Notes: generated from the letters alone by a model not told the origin. A stretch of DNA of 64,000 nt from an uncultured virus (IMG/VR IMGVR_UViG_3300048913_000302) (IMGVR_UViG_3300048913_000302:1-64000); one strand, 5' to 3'; counted from the stretch's first letter, positions 1 through 8,961 are shown. Program-made: numbers and translations.

Positions 1-90
1 CAAGCCCTCGATACCCTGGAAGTCGATCTCGCATGGAGGGCCTACTGCAAGGCCGTTCCGGGCGGTTGTCCCGAAGGAGCAAAACCATGA
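1..90 (+). CDS. 3' end of probable i-spanin (Rz-like), truncated by window start
   Basis: Frame 1 reads ...DLAWRAYCKAVPGGCPEGAKP*; Cys-containing C-terminus; ATGA overlap with a downstream lipoprotein gene. Confidence 0.5.
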   Translation, partial: QALDTLEVDLAWRAYCKAVPGGCPEGAKP

Positions 91-413
91 TCCGTACAGT
101 CGCCGTCCTTGTGATGGCGTTGGTGTGGGCTGGGTGTACGCGTACGGTGACGGTGTATGTGGATCGCAACACGATTCGCTATTCCGGGGTGGATGATCAA
201 TGGCTGACTTCGTGCACGCTGGTTCCTCCACCGAATCGTTTCGTGTACGACACGGCGACTCCACGACAGAAGTTGGACATGTGGGCACAAACCTACATCG
301 ATCAGGCTAACGGACTTGAGAAAGACAATCTCAGGTTGCAGAAGGCTTACGACTACAACCGCAAGAAGAAAGCCGAAGTGAAAATCATGTGCGACGGCGC
401 TCCGTGTGAGTAA
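87..413 (+). CDS. Lipoprotein, probable o-spanin (Rz1-like)
   Basis: AAGGAG at 74-79; signal peptide with lipobox WAGC; CTLVPPP proline motif; C-terminal Cys. Confidence 0.65.
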   Translation: MIRTVAVLVMALVWAGCTRTVTVYVDRNTIRYSGVDDQWLTSCTLVPPPNRFVYDTATPRQKLDMWAQTYIDQANGLEKDNLRLQKAYDYNRKKKAEVKIMCDGAPCE

Positions 414-417
414 ACGA

Positions 418-457
418 CATACAGCCGGTGGGTCTCCCCACCGGCTGTATGCTGTAA
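418..457. terminator. Hairpin + TATGC element
   Basis: catacagccggtggg-tctc-cccaccggctgtatg, 15-bp stem, no adjacent U-tract; 3' arm continues as TATGCTGTAA. Confidence 0.7.
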
Positions 458-474
458 TTAACTTTTTTATGATG

Positions 475-483
475 ATACATTGT
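475..483 (+). promoter_or_regulatory. Candidate early promoter motif ATACATTGT
   Basis: Exact copies at 475, 7062 and 9258, each 30-55 nt upstream of a + strand accessory operon. Confidence 0.45.
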
Positions 484-493
484 CATCACGAAC

Positions 494-534
494 CCGATCC
501 ATCCCGGATCAACACACCGACCTAGGAGGTCAAC
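494..534 (+). repeat. Duplicated structured 5' leader (copy 1)
   Basis: 22-nt cacaccgacctaggaggtcaac identical to 27409-27430; both preceded by a gatcc...ggatc hairpin. Confidence 0.8.
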
Positions 535-852
535 ATGAGCTTAATGAACATCGTCAAACTGGGTGCTTCTCTCGCTGTTGTCGGCGGTACCTTCTACTAC
601 GTCCACCGTCGCGGTCAAGCTCGCAAGGCTGCAGTAGAAGCCCAACAATCCATCAACAAAATCAGCGACCTCATCGCTGAGCTGATGGAAGTGCTCAAGA
701 CCACCGAGCAGGAGATGGAAGAAGAAGACCGTACCGACGTGCGGGCTTTCGCAGCACTGACTGTCGCAGCAACGCCGGAAGGTCTGACTAGCGCCATCAA
801 TATCCTGCAAACCAAAATCCAACGTTTCAAAGACCAATCCAAAGCAGCTTAA
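535..852 (+). CDS. Small protein with N-terminal membrane anchor and coiled coil (paralog 1)
   Basis: AGGAGG SD; hydrophobic N-terminus MSLMNIVKLGASLAVVGG; helical body. Confidence 0.8.
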   Translation: MSLMNIVKLGASLAVVGGTFYYVHRRGQARKAAVEAQQSINKISDLIAELMEVLKTTEQEMEEEDRTDVRAFAALTVAATPEGLTSAINILQTKIQRFKDQSKAA

Positions 853-863
853 GGGGAAAGACC

Positions 864-1184
864 ATGAGCATCGCAAACGTTCTGAAACTCGCCGGTGCTG
901 TGGTCGGCCTGGCTGTTGTAGGTTGTATCGTCAACAAAGCCATCTCCGATAAAAAGGAGAAGGAAAAGCGTAACGCACTGTGTGGTGAGTTGATCTGCAC
1001 TGCCGCCAGCGTCCGCGCTAATGCGGCGTTGGCAAACTACACGTTGAATGAGGAAGAGCAAATCATCCTCGAACGTGCTGGTCGTGTAGCACTCGCTCAA
1101 GAAGAAAGTTCTGCTGCGGTCAATGAACTCCTGGACGAAGTCCGGGCAATCGGCCGTCGTTTCAAAAGCTACGTCACCCTGTAA
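864..1184 (+). CDS. Small membrane-anchored protein (paralog 2)
   Basis: N-terminus MSIANVLKLAGAVVGLAVVG similar to neighbours; same length class. Confidence 0.8.
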   Translation: MSIANVLKLAGAVVGLAVVGCIVNKAISDKKEKEKRNALCGELICTAASVRANAALANYTLNEEEQIILERAGRVALAQEESSAAVNELLDEVRAIGRRFKSYVTL

Positions 1185-1198
1185 CCAAGGAGAGTCAA

Positions 1199-1534
1199 AT
1201 GTCTGTCGCAAATGTCGTTAAAGGTGTTGTGTACGTTGGCGTCGCCGTCGGTGGCGCCTGGTGGTTGGGTACCCGTCTGACGCGTTCCTACGAGCGCTTC
1301 AAACATGATACCCAAGTGGCGACCAAACGTGTCGAAGAGCGTATCACCACGCTCAAGACTGTATCGACCCGCCTGAAGCACGAGCTCACCGAAGGCGAGC
1401 TCAAGACCATCTCCGAAGCTGAGAAGGCACTGCTCAAGCCCTTCCTTCCGGAGCTGGAACTGGTTCTCAGCCAACTCGACAACGCCATCGCTGCTGTGAT
1501 CGGCGTGCAAGCTGAGCCAGAAACAGACGCCTGA
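1199..1534 (+). CDS. Small membrane-anchored protein (paralog 3)
   Basis: AGGAG SD; N-terminus MSVANVVKGVVYVGVAVGG. Confidence 0.8.
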   Translation: MSVANVVKGVVYVGVAVGGAWWLGTRLTRSYERFKHDTQVATKRVEERITTLKTVSTRLKHELTEGELKTISEAEKALLKPFLPELELVLSQLDNAIAAVIGVQAEPETDA

Positions 1535-1545
1535 TTGGGCGTCTC

Positions 1546-1576
1546 GGTAGGTGGGGTTTCCCACCTACCTTTCTTT
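1546..1576 (+). terminator. Intrinsic terminator-like hairpin
   Basis: ggtaggtgg...ccacctacc followed by tttcttt. Confidence 0.6.
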
Positions 1577-1605
1577 GCCACTCACCGTCCTAGGAGGACA
1601 TCTAC

Positions 1606-2190
1606 ATGGCAGCCCGCAATGTGATCGTTAACCCCACCATAATCACGCACGACCGTCTGGCTGTATACAGCGAAACGTGGTCTCGGATGGAATCGTTCGT
1701 GGGTATTCGCGAGTTCGGCCCTACCTACTACCTGCTGGACAACCAACCTGATCTGAAAAAGGTCTACGTTAACACAGGCTTCATCGCAGGTAACGAACCG
1801 GAAGAGCTTGACGCCGTACTCGGTGTTCTCGGTTACAGTTTCTCGAACCACCTCGCCGACAAACCAGGTGAGTTTGAGAAGATTCTCAACGAGATCGAGA
1901 ACAGTAAGCGGCAAGCGAAAGCTTATCTGGGTGTGTTGAACGGCATTGGTCGGATCACACTTGACGATTGGGTAACGAGAGTTAGTGACGAAGCTGACGA
2001 AGTCCACCGCCATGCCATGTTTTTGGCATGCGATTTGGACAGCGATGCGCAAGTCACCCAGACGACACGCGACCTCATCCACCGTTGGGCCACTGAAGGC
2101 AGCAGTGAGCTCCCGCCCGTCGGCCCAGAGCTGTTTGAAAACCCTCACGTCATCGCTGCTATCCTGCGTATTTACGCACACAAACACTGA
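1606..2190 (+). CDS. Hypothetical protein
   Basis: 194-aa ORF with AGGAGG SD. Confidence 0.75.
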   Translation: MAARNVIVNPTIITHDRLAVYSETWSRMESFVGIREFGPTYYLLDNQPDLKKVYVNTGFIAGNEPEELDAVLGVLGYSFSNHLADKPGEFEKILNEIENSKRQAKAYLGVLNGIGRITLDDWVTRVSDEADEVHRHAMFLACDLDSDAQVTQTTRDLIHRWATEGSSELPPVGPELFENPHVIAAILRIYAHKH

Positions 2191-2205
2191 AAAGGAATTC
2201 GTTAA

Positions 2206-2481
2206 ATGAACTTGGCTTTCGATTACAATCAAGAATTCGCTTCCGCCTCCGTTGCTATGAGCAAGGAACTCAAACATCTGCGGATGTGGCGTGAAGGTCT
2301 GCGTCAACAACTGAGCGCCCTGTTCGTTCGTCGGATGGAACTTCAGCTGACTCGCCGTAGTCTGGTGGTCGTCAACCACCAGATCGCTCAGGTAACCGAA
2401 GAACGTGAAGAGGTCATCCGTCAGATCGACGAAATCCTCGCTCGTTACTCCTCCCACGTTCGCAGCGCCTTTACGGCGTAA
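2206..2481 (+). CDS. Hypothetical coiled-coil protein
   Basis: 91-aa ORF, AAGGA SD, operon packing. Confidence 0.7.
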   Translation: MNLAFDYNQEFASASVAMSKELKHLRMWREGLRQQLSALFVRRMELQLTRRSLVVVNHQIAQVTEEREEVIRQIDEILARYSSHVRSAFTA

Positions 2482-2491
2482 GGAAATCGAC

Positions 2492-3103
2492 ATGCGTTTC
2501 TCTATCTTCGTAAATGAGCGCGGTGGTCCTAAAGACATCTTCCCACTCACCGAGCTCGATGGCTATCAGCTAACCGCCGAACATATCGAAACCTACCTCA
2601 AGACCAACGGTCTGGAGGCGTCTCAACTCTCCACTTCGGTGTGGGCTGAATTGGAAAATGCCTACGTGGCGTTTCCTGTGGCTGGGATCTTCCGCCTGCG
2701 TGATCTCCGTCTCATGGAAGAAGGGGGTGAAGAACTCAAACCGTTCTCCAGCGATGTCCGTCGTATCGTCCTACGCACAATGATTCAAGCGCAGAACGAC
2801 CTAGGCTTCGGTGGTCAACAATGGACAGCCTTCAACCGAGTCATCGATAAAGGATTAGGCATTCGTAATAACGGGCGCGACGATGGTCCTGACGACGTCA
2901 CTGCCGAAGAGTTTGAGTTCGATCTGGTACGGGCCATTCAGTGCATCGGTGAAGCTGTGCGCGACATCGTGATCCAACTCAACGACCGCAACGAGCGCGG
3001 TGACGTGGTTAAGGAACTGGACGGCGTGCTCGGCAAGCTCGAGCAACGTGCACGGTATCTCAAGACCAGTAACTCGTCGCCATTGCGGCGGCGTCCGCGG
3101 TAA
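2492..3103 (+). CDS. Hypothetical protein
   Basis: Start moved to ATG 2492 (AAGGA SD, follows previous stop). Confidence 0.75.
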   Translation: MRFSIFVNERGGPKDIFPLTELDGYQLTAEHIETYLKTNGLEASQLSTSVWAELENAYVAFPVAGIFRLRDLRLMEEGGEELKPFSSDVRRIVLRTMIQAQNDLGFGGQQWTAFNRVIDKGLGIRNNGRDDGPDDVTAEEFEFDLVRAIQCIGEAVRDIVIQLNDRNERGDVVKELDGVLGKLEQRARYLKTSNSSPLRRRPR

Positions 3104-3109
3104 CGCGTG

Positions 3110-3144
3110 AGAGCAGGTGGATTCGTCCCCTGCTCTTTTTTTTT
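3110..3144 (+). terminator. Hairpin + U-tract terminator
   Basis: agagcagg...cctgctct followed by a T-run. Confidence 0.7.
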
Positions 3145-3188
3145 GTTACCGGGCGACTTAACGGTATAGATGGTTAGGGGAATTACCG

Positions 3189-3488
3189 GTGAATGTCGAA
3201 AACACATTGAAGAAAACAGACCTCAACAAACGAGGGATGTTTGTTCTGATTCATGAGGACACTGGACGCATCTACGCAACTACCGCGGTCGACATCCACA
3301 AAGAGCTGGGTGAACTCATCGCACAACTCGATGCAGGCAAATGTCCCAACGTGTTGTTGCAAAGACTCTACAAGGCTGGACCTAAGTTTGAAGTATTGAC
3401 TAAGGTCTCGGCCGATGGAATGCGTGGGGCTAAGAAAGACCTGATTGGATTCCGTGGTGTTACGTCCAGTTACCTATTTGTCAATTGA
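3189..3488 (+). CDS. Degenerate GIY-YIG-fold protein
   Basis: GMFVLIHEDTGRIYATT...L..GKCPNVLLQRLY parallels the GIY...YVG...R...H...L..G.H....LQ pattern of I-TevI-type domains. Confidence 0.55.
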   Translation: MNVENTLKKTDLNKRGMFVLIHEDTGRIYATTAVDIHKELGELIAQLDAGKCPNVLLQRLYKAGPKFEVLTKVSADGMRGAKKDLIGFRGVTSSYLFVN

Positions 3489-3537
3489 CGGCATACAGCA
3501 CGGGCATCGCGCCCGTGCTGTAGCTTTCTTTTTTTTT
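3488..3537. terminator. Bidirectional terminator between convergent genes
   Basis: 12-bp stem tacagcacgggc/gcccgtgctgta; T-run on +, TATGCCG on -. Confidence 0.75.
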
Positions 3538-3541
3538 GCTG

Positions 3542-6500
3542 TTAGTCGGTATCGCCCTTGATGGAACGGTCCATCCAGTGCAGCAACGCAATACTGACTT
3601 CCTCGGCCACTTCTGCCGGGTATGGTAAGCTGGACGTGAACACTTGATCACCGGTCTGGTAATCCCAGAGATCGATGAAGTCCATGTACAGAGGCTCGTT
3701 GTACTCGTGCAGCTTGCTGATGAAGTCATCGCCGCCAGAGAAGTCCAACCAACCCTGCCAGTACCACTTCCCATCGGCCCAAGTGAGCAAGTCCTCAACG
3801 ATCTTGACTGCCTGCAAGATCTCAGCCGACGTCAGCGCTTTGATCTTCTCAGGAGCTCGAGCTGGAATGATCTTGCGACCCAACCAGATCTCGTGAGAGC
3901 GGGCATCCACCTTCTCAGTCGTGATGACGTGACCACACAGACTGGCTCGACCTTTAAGACCAAAGACAGTCGGTTTAACGGCAGCGAATTCCTTCTCTGC
4001 AGCTTCAACCAACTTCTGTACTTCGTCGTGATTGTCCTTGTCGATCTCAGGACTGATCTTGGCTTCGTACTTGTCTCGGATCGATTCGACCTGATGTTCC
4101 ATTCCGGACAGCAAGCCGTCAGCCTCTTTGACCAGCGATTTGGTCTGCTCAACGGCGTGAGTCACTTCACTCAAGGTCGGCAGGAACTTCCCGTTGACCG
4201 AAAGAGCTGGAGACATGCCGCCGGTAGAGACTTCTTCGTTGAAGGTCTGTTTGGCCAGCCAGGATTGGTTACCGAAGTACTTGCTCAGATACTCCTTCAC
4301 CGCCGCTGCGTTACGACGCATGTCGTTCTGCATGACCTGGTTGTGTTCGAACTTACGCTTCTCAGCGGGAGTCTTGATGCCGAATGCTTTCTTGATGCCG
4401 GCGACGATGGTGGAGAGACTTTCCATCGACGCTTCCTGCACGACGATCTGCACATGCCAGCCACGCAACGCGTCAGCAATCCGCACATCCTCACACCGCA
4501 GGATGTTGGACGTGATGGTGCGCTGAGTTTTGTACTCGCCTTTGATTCCATTCGCAGGGTTGTGGTTGGCCATCCAGCCGTCCGCTGCATCCGCCTTGAT
4601 CGAGTACACCACGACATGTAGATTGTGGATGTCTTTGATCGACAATGGTTCGGCGACGTGGATGATCATCTTCTTGGTTTTGTTATCGCACTGATAACGA
4701 TTGAGCTGGAACTTCTTCTCAATCGCCGAGGAGATTCCCAACATCACCGCACTGTCTTTGTCGTCAGACGCGTACAGCCAAGTGTTGTCTTCGGTGTTAT
4801 CCCACTGGACCAGCTCGCCAGTGTGTTGGAAGCCAGGCTTCAGTTCCGTCTGGCGGAATGCCGAGCCGTGATACAGGTAGTTCGGCAGGTCGATGTGTTC
4901 CATTTCAGTCTCTGCAGATTCAAGGGCCAGGTCCTCTTCATCACGAATGTCGATGAAGTTCTTCTTAAAGCTTTCGGCTTCCATGCTGAGGCATTCCCAC
5001 ATCCCGTCCTCACCCATTTTCGCTTCCAGCGTCAGGGTTTCGAGGTCGACGTTATTCACGCCAACGATCGAGGACACCATCGCAGCCGACCATTCAAGGA
5101 TGTCGTTACTGCGAGTGGAGATGTTTGGCTTATCACCAGTGTCGAGCAGGAAGTCCCACACGTTGACAGTGCAGTCCTGACCCAGTCGCGCAGCTCGTGC
5201 GATTGTCTGAGTACGGATAGCTTCACGGAACGGCTGGTTCAACATCAGCAAGTCCGTCGCCACGGTGAGCGGTACAGCGGTAGACAACGACTGGTAGGTC
5301 GCAGCCAGAGGGTTCAGATCAGGATCGTCGTAGAACTTCTTGACGATACCGGCCAGATCCTTGTTGGTTGCCCCGTAGACCTTGGCAGGCGAGTAGCCTT
5401 TGTGGAACAGCAGATCTGCTGTTGCTTCCAGCACCTCGACGTAGGAGGTGAAGATCAACGTCTTCTTCTCAGCCCGGTCGATGTAGTGTTCGAAGTCGAT
5501 GTGCGCAATCATGTCCAGATGGCACTTCGAACGCATACCGCCAACGATACGACCCAAGGCTTCGCCCATGACCTTAAGTTTGACGTACTTGACCACACTG
5601 CGAGCCGATTTGAATTCCGGCTTCATGTGGTTAGGCAGAAGCGGGATAATCGTCTTCAGCTCGTACTTGTTGCAAAGCATCGCCTCAGCTTTCATCAACT
5701 TCGGATCGAAGCCCGAAGAGATCACTTTGATCGCAGCCTGGTACTCTTTGTACTGGCGACGGTCGACATCTGTCCTCAAGTGTCCTTCGAACAGCTTCAG
5801 AGCCGAGAGGTATTGTCCCTCGTAGTGCTTGAAGTTCTTATCGTAGTACGCCAAGCGCTCATCGATGAACTTACGAAGGATGTTACCGATGTTCTCCAGC
5901 GTGTACTTCTCACCGTCCGGCATCTTCACCTTGATCTGGTGAGTCTTCACGGGAATGTCGACCACGTCCTGTTTCGGTACGTGGAACTTCAAGTGACCGA
6001 TACGGTTACGCAGGATGTCGTTAGCACGCTTGGCGTCGCGACCGTAGATCTTGCGGAAGCGTTCTTCTGCTTCTGGAGTGAAGAGGGTGTCGACACAACG
6101 CATGAACGGGATACACTCGATACCCAGCGCCAGAATCGGAGTCCCCGATGCCCAGAGGCAGTAATCCACGCACGGCATCTGGCAGAGCTCGATCAGGGTC
6201 TGAGTCCGATCGGCAGCCAAACGGTTGAAGTTGTGAGACTCGTCCAGAATAACGAACGTGTTCTTGAAGTCCTTCCAATTCGCCTTGATGAAGTCGACCA
6301 GCGTCGAGAGGGCTTCGTAGTGCACCACGTAGTAGTGCGAGTCGGTGGTGAGGGGCGCGTTCTGCGCACTGGTCCAGTACGGACGCTTGTGCGTAACGAT
6401 ATCCTTGAGAGTGTCTTCCCACACACGCTCCACGGCGTTCTTCGGCGAGATGATCACTACCTTGCCAGCATGTAGACCAGCAGCCACCACAAGGTCGGTA

Positions 6501-6976
6501 ACGGTCTTGCCAGTACCAGGGCCTGCGTCGAGCATGTAGCCACGCAGACGATAGGTCGGCACCATCACACCGAAGTGTTGGGCAAACGCTTTCTGGAACG
6601 GCTTGAGCGGGAAGGAGACGACGTGATCCACCACGCTCATGTCGACGATGGACTTCACGTCCTTATCGATGTCACCCAGCCAGGTGTTGGCCTTGAGTTC
6701 GTCGATGACCTTACGCAGGACACGTTTGGGGAGACGGGTCTGGGTGTCGGCGTAGAGTGTTTCCATGATGTACAGAAAGTCCAGTGCGAAGAAGTGCAAG
6801 AACTTCACTTCACCACTGCGGATCAAACTGAACATGTTGTTGGCTAGCGCCTTCGAACCCCAGACGCGTTGCATGTCACGCAGCAGTTGGTGGGATGCGA
6901 TCCCTTCCACGCTGACGTACTTTGGACTGGTGCTGACTCGCACCATTCCTAACTTTGATCGAAGGCCACTGAACAT
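3542..6976 (-). CDS. SF2 (SNF2-like) helicase fused to an ADP-ribosyltransferase-like domain and a C-terminal domain; probable virion head protein
   Basis: Motifs GPGTGKT, ILDESH, SGTP, QTIARAARLGQ in the N-terminal ~640 aa; LYHGS...LKPG...LYAS domain; LSME, LALE and ASME protease-type sites. Confidence 0.8.
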   Translation of the reverse strand: MFSGLRSKLGMVRVSTSPKYVSVEGIASHQLLRDMQRVWGSKALANNMFSLIRSGEVKFLHFFALDFLYIMETLYADTQTRLPKRVLRKVIDELKANTWLGDIDKDVKSIVDMSVVDHVVSFPLKPFQKAFAQHFGVMVPTYRLRGYMLDAGPGTGKTVTDLVVAAGLHAGKVVIISPKNAVERVWEDTLKDIVTHKRPYWTSAQNAPLTTDSHYYVVHYEALSTLVDFIKANWKDFKNTFVILDESHNFNRLAADRTQTLIELCQMPCVDYCLWASGTPILALGIECIPFMRCVDTLFTPEAEERFRKIYGRDAKRANDILRNRIGHLKFHVPKQDVVDIPVKTHQIKVKMPDGEKYTLENIGNILRKFIDERLAYYDKNFKHYEGQYLSALKLFEGHLRTDVDRRQYKEYQAAIKVISSGFDPKLMKAEAMLCNKYELKTIIPLLPNHMKPEFKSARSVVKYVKLKVMGEALGRIVGGMRSKCHLDMIAHIDFEHYIDRAEKKTLIFTSYVEVLEATADLLFHKGYSPAKVYGATNKDLAGIVKKFYDDPDLNPLAATYQSLSTAVPLTVATDLLMLNQPFREAIRTQTIARAARLGQDCTVNVWDFLLDTGDKPNISTRSNDILEWSAAMVSSIVGVNNVDLETLTLEAKMGEDGMWECLSMEAESFKKNFIDIRDEEDLALESAETEMEHIDLPNYLYHGSAFRQTELKPGFQHTGELVQWDNTEDNTWLYASDDKDSAVMLGISSAIEKKFQLNRYQCDNKTKKMIIHVAEPLSIKDIHNLHVVVYSIKADAADGWMANHNPANGIKGEYKTQRTITSNILRCEDVRIADALRGWHVQIVVQEASMESLSTIVAGIKKAFGIKTPAEKRKFEHNQVMQNDMRRNAAAVKEYLSKYFGNQSWLAKQTFNEEVSTGGMSPALSVNGKFLPTLSEVTHAVEQTKSLVKEADGLLSGMEHQVESIRDKYEAKISPEIDKDNHDEVQKLVEAAEKEFAAVKPTVFGLKGRASLCGHVITTEKVDARSHEIWLGRKIIPARAPEKIKALTSAEILQAVKIVEDLLTWADGKWYWQGWLDFSGGDDFISKLHEYNEPLYMDFIDLWDYQTGDQVFTSSLPYPAEVAEEVSIALLHWMDRSIKGDTD

Positions 6977-7029
6977 GGCTCACTCCCCGGTATCGTGTTG
7001 GCATGTAGCGCCGATAAAGGCACGGTAAT

Positions 7030-7038
7030 CATAGAATT
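7030..7038 (-). promoter_or_regulatory. Candidate late promoter AATTCTATG
   Basis: Same 9-mer also at 26188 and 26762, always upstream of - strand virion-type genes; contains the phiKZ late consensus TATG. Confidence 0.5.
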
Positions 7039-7102
7039 ACGCACTGAAACAAATTCCATTGATACATTGTCCACATGTATTCAATCCATTGGAGATGTCC
7101 GC

Positions 7103-8428
7103 ATGAAACTTACCGCTAACGTACAGTTCAACGCTATCCAACCAATGCCTCCTCAGGTGGCTTATCCGGTCGTCGATGGCAGTATCCCACCCATCAGTCC
7201 AGATGTCGGTTTACTCAACGCCTTGCGTAATACCCGCACTCGCGATTCGGCAACGCTGATCGAAGTAGCGAGCGGTTGGGACAAGCAGCGGTTCTCGTTC
7301 AAGATCGCCGTCACGTTTCCGAATAATGCGATGCGAGGTGGCGATCACTGCGTTGTCTACGGCCACAGCGAGGCTACCGAAGAACTCACCCCAGAAACGA
7401 AGCTTTATATCGACCGAGTAGTTGGACTACGTTCGGCGATGTATCGCATGCCGCTTAGCGAGGCTACTGAGATCTTGTCGAGTCGCTACGACACCCTCAT
7501 GTTACCGAAGGGTGGTCGAGGAGACATCCCTGGATTCCGTCAAGACCCGTCTTCGGTAGTGCGCCGCATCAACTCAGTCTTGACGTTCGGCAGCCTCGTG
7601 CCGGATGACCACGATGTCCGCAACTTGACCGGGGTCATCAACAACCGCGCGGTATCGGCGAACATAGCTGATATCGATACCGAACTCTATTGTGACAGGC
7701 TTGAGAAAGCGATCGACAACGTGATCTCCACCGGCGGGGGGCCGACTATCTTCCGAGAAGAAGCCGAGATTTATTCGGAAGTCGAGGACCGACTCGAGCC
7801 AGTCAGGTTCGAACACACTCGGGTGTATGACGTACTGTCAGCCAGAACCAACTGGGTGTACGACGGCTTCTTCACCTACGAGGAACTCAACGACATGCTC
7901 GCCGAAGACTCCAAGATTTCTGTGGAGCGCAAGTACCTCAAAGTAGTCGAAGAAACCGGACACTCGTCTGCAGCCCGTCGTATCTTCCACGACCATCTGA
8001 AGAAGCTGGTTCCAGAAGCCGCATCCCTCGGGATGGAACACATATGGGCCGAATGGTTCAACGACAATGGGGAAGTGGTCAAGGTCAACGGCACTGTCCG
8101 CGCGATCTATCCTGAGTTGTCGTGGCATAGCTCGGACTTTGAAGACTTCCTGACTCCAGAAGAAGCAGAACTGGAAGTCCGTGCCAAGAAACCAACTTCG
8201 GCGGATCTGCGAGAGTACTACGGTGTGAGCAAGTACCGTGTCAAGATCGATATGGACTTGGCCGGTAGAATCGTGGGTATGGTGCAACTCAACGAACATC
8301 CAGTCGAAGTGTTCGTCATGCCTGCGTATGCTCTACCAGTGTGCTCTGGTTTGATTGGTGATGAACGCAGTCTGGACAACATCTGCCAAACGGTCAAATG
8401 GATGGTTTCCTCGAAGTACGGTCTCTAA
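7103..8428 (+). CDS. Possible phiKZ gp68-like (nvRNAP promoter-specificity subunit) homolog, divergent
   Basis: GW...RFSFKIAV...VYGHSE...PETKLYIDRV and C-terminal DLAGRI...FVMPAYA resemble my recollection of the gp68 family; GGAG SD at 7091. Confidence 0.45.
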   Translation: MKLTANVQFNAIQPMPPQVAYPVVDGSIPPISPDVGLLNALRNTRTRDSATLIEVASGWDKQRFSFKIAVTFPNNAMRGGDHCVVYGHSEATEELTPETKLYIDRVVGLRSAMYRMPLSEATEILSSRYDTLMLPKGGRGDIPGFRQDPSSVVRRINSVLTFGSLVPDDHDVRNLTGVINNRAVSANIADIDTELYCDRLEKAIDNVISTGGGPTIFREEAEIYSEVEDRLEPVRFEHTRVYDVLSARTNWVYDGFFTYEELNDMLAEDSKISVERKYLKVVEETGHSSAARRIFHDHLKKLVPEAASLGMEHIWAEWFNDNGEVVKVNGTVRAIYPELSWHSSDFEDFLTPEEAELEVRAKKPTSADLREYYGVSKYRVKIDMDLAGRIVGMVQLNEHPVEVFVMPAYALPVCSGLIGDERSLDNICQTVKWMVSSKYGL

Positions 8429-8434
8429 GCAATC

Positions 8435-8477
8435 GCCCAGTATAGCCGCAAGGTTATACTGGGCTTTCTTTTTTTTT
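8435..8477 (+). terminator. Hairpin (GCAA loop) + U-tract
   Basis: gcccagtatagcc-gcaa-ggttatactgggc then tttctttttttt. Confidence 0.8.
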
Positions 8478-8517
8478 GTCTTGACTGCTATGTCACCACC
8501 TCCCCGGTTCTCCAATC

Positions 8518-8925
8518 ATGAACAAAGAAACAGTAGAAGGCGCCAAACAGAGACTCTTTGATCTGGCCATGAAAGACCCGTTCCTTGGACCAGAATCTCT
8601 CAAGGCTGGACTTGACGGCATGGAACTCATCTTCCTCCCGACTGGAGAGACGATCGGGTTCATCATGCCGATGAAAGGCGATGGCGGATATTATCGCGTA
8701 GGGTCTATCTACATCGATCCAAAACACCGCGGTAAGCGATACGCGGCACAGTTCATCCGTCAATACTTTTCAAACAAGGCAGGGCAGGCATGGATCAGAC
8801 CTGAGAACAAACCGAGTCAAACTGCCTTTCTGACCAGTGGGTTCTACAAGAGCGGACGTAAGACCACCGCTAACGGAAAGGTCTACGAAGAGTGGCTCAA
8901 TCGCCCAAGAACCATGGGCTGGTAG
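8518..8925 (+). CDS. GNAT-family acetyltransferase
   Basis: Motif A IYIDPKHRGKRYA and motif B EN.PS...F..SGF. Confidence 0.8.
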   Translation: MNKETVEGAKQRLFDLAMKDPFLGPESLKAGLDGMELIFLPTGETIGFIMPMKGDGGYYRVGSIYIDPKHRGKRYAAQFIRQYFSNKAGQAWIRPENKPSQTAFLTSGFYKSGRKTTANGKVYEEWLNRPRTMGW

Positions 8926-8961
8926 TCGCAGTAAACTTTTACTGAGCGTTTACTATTATAT

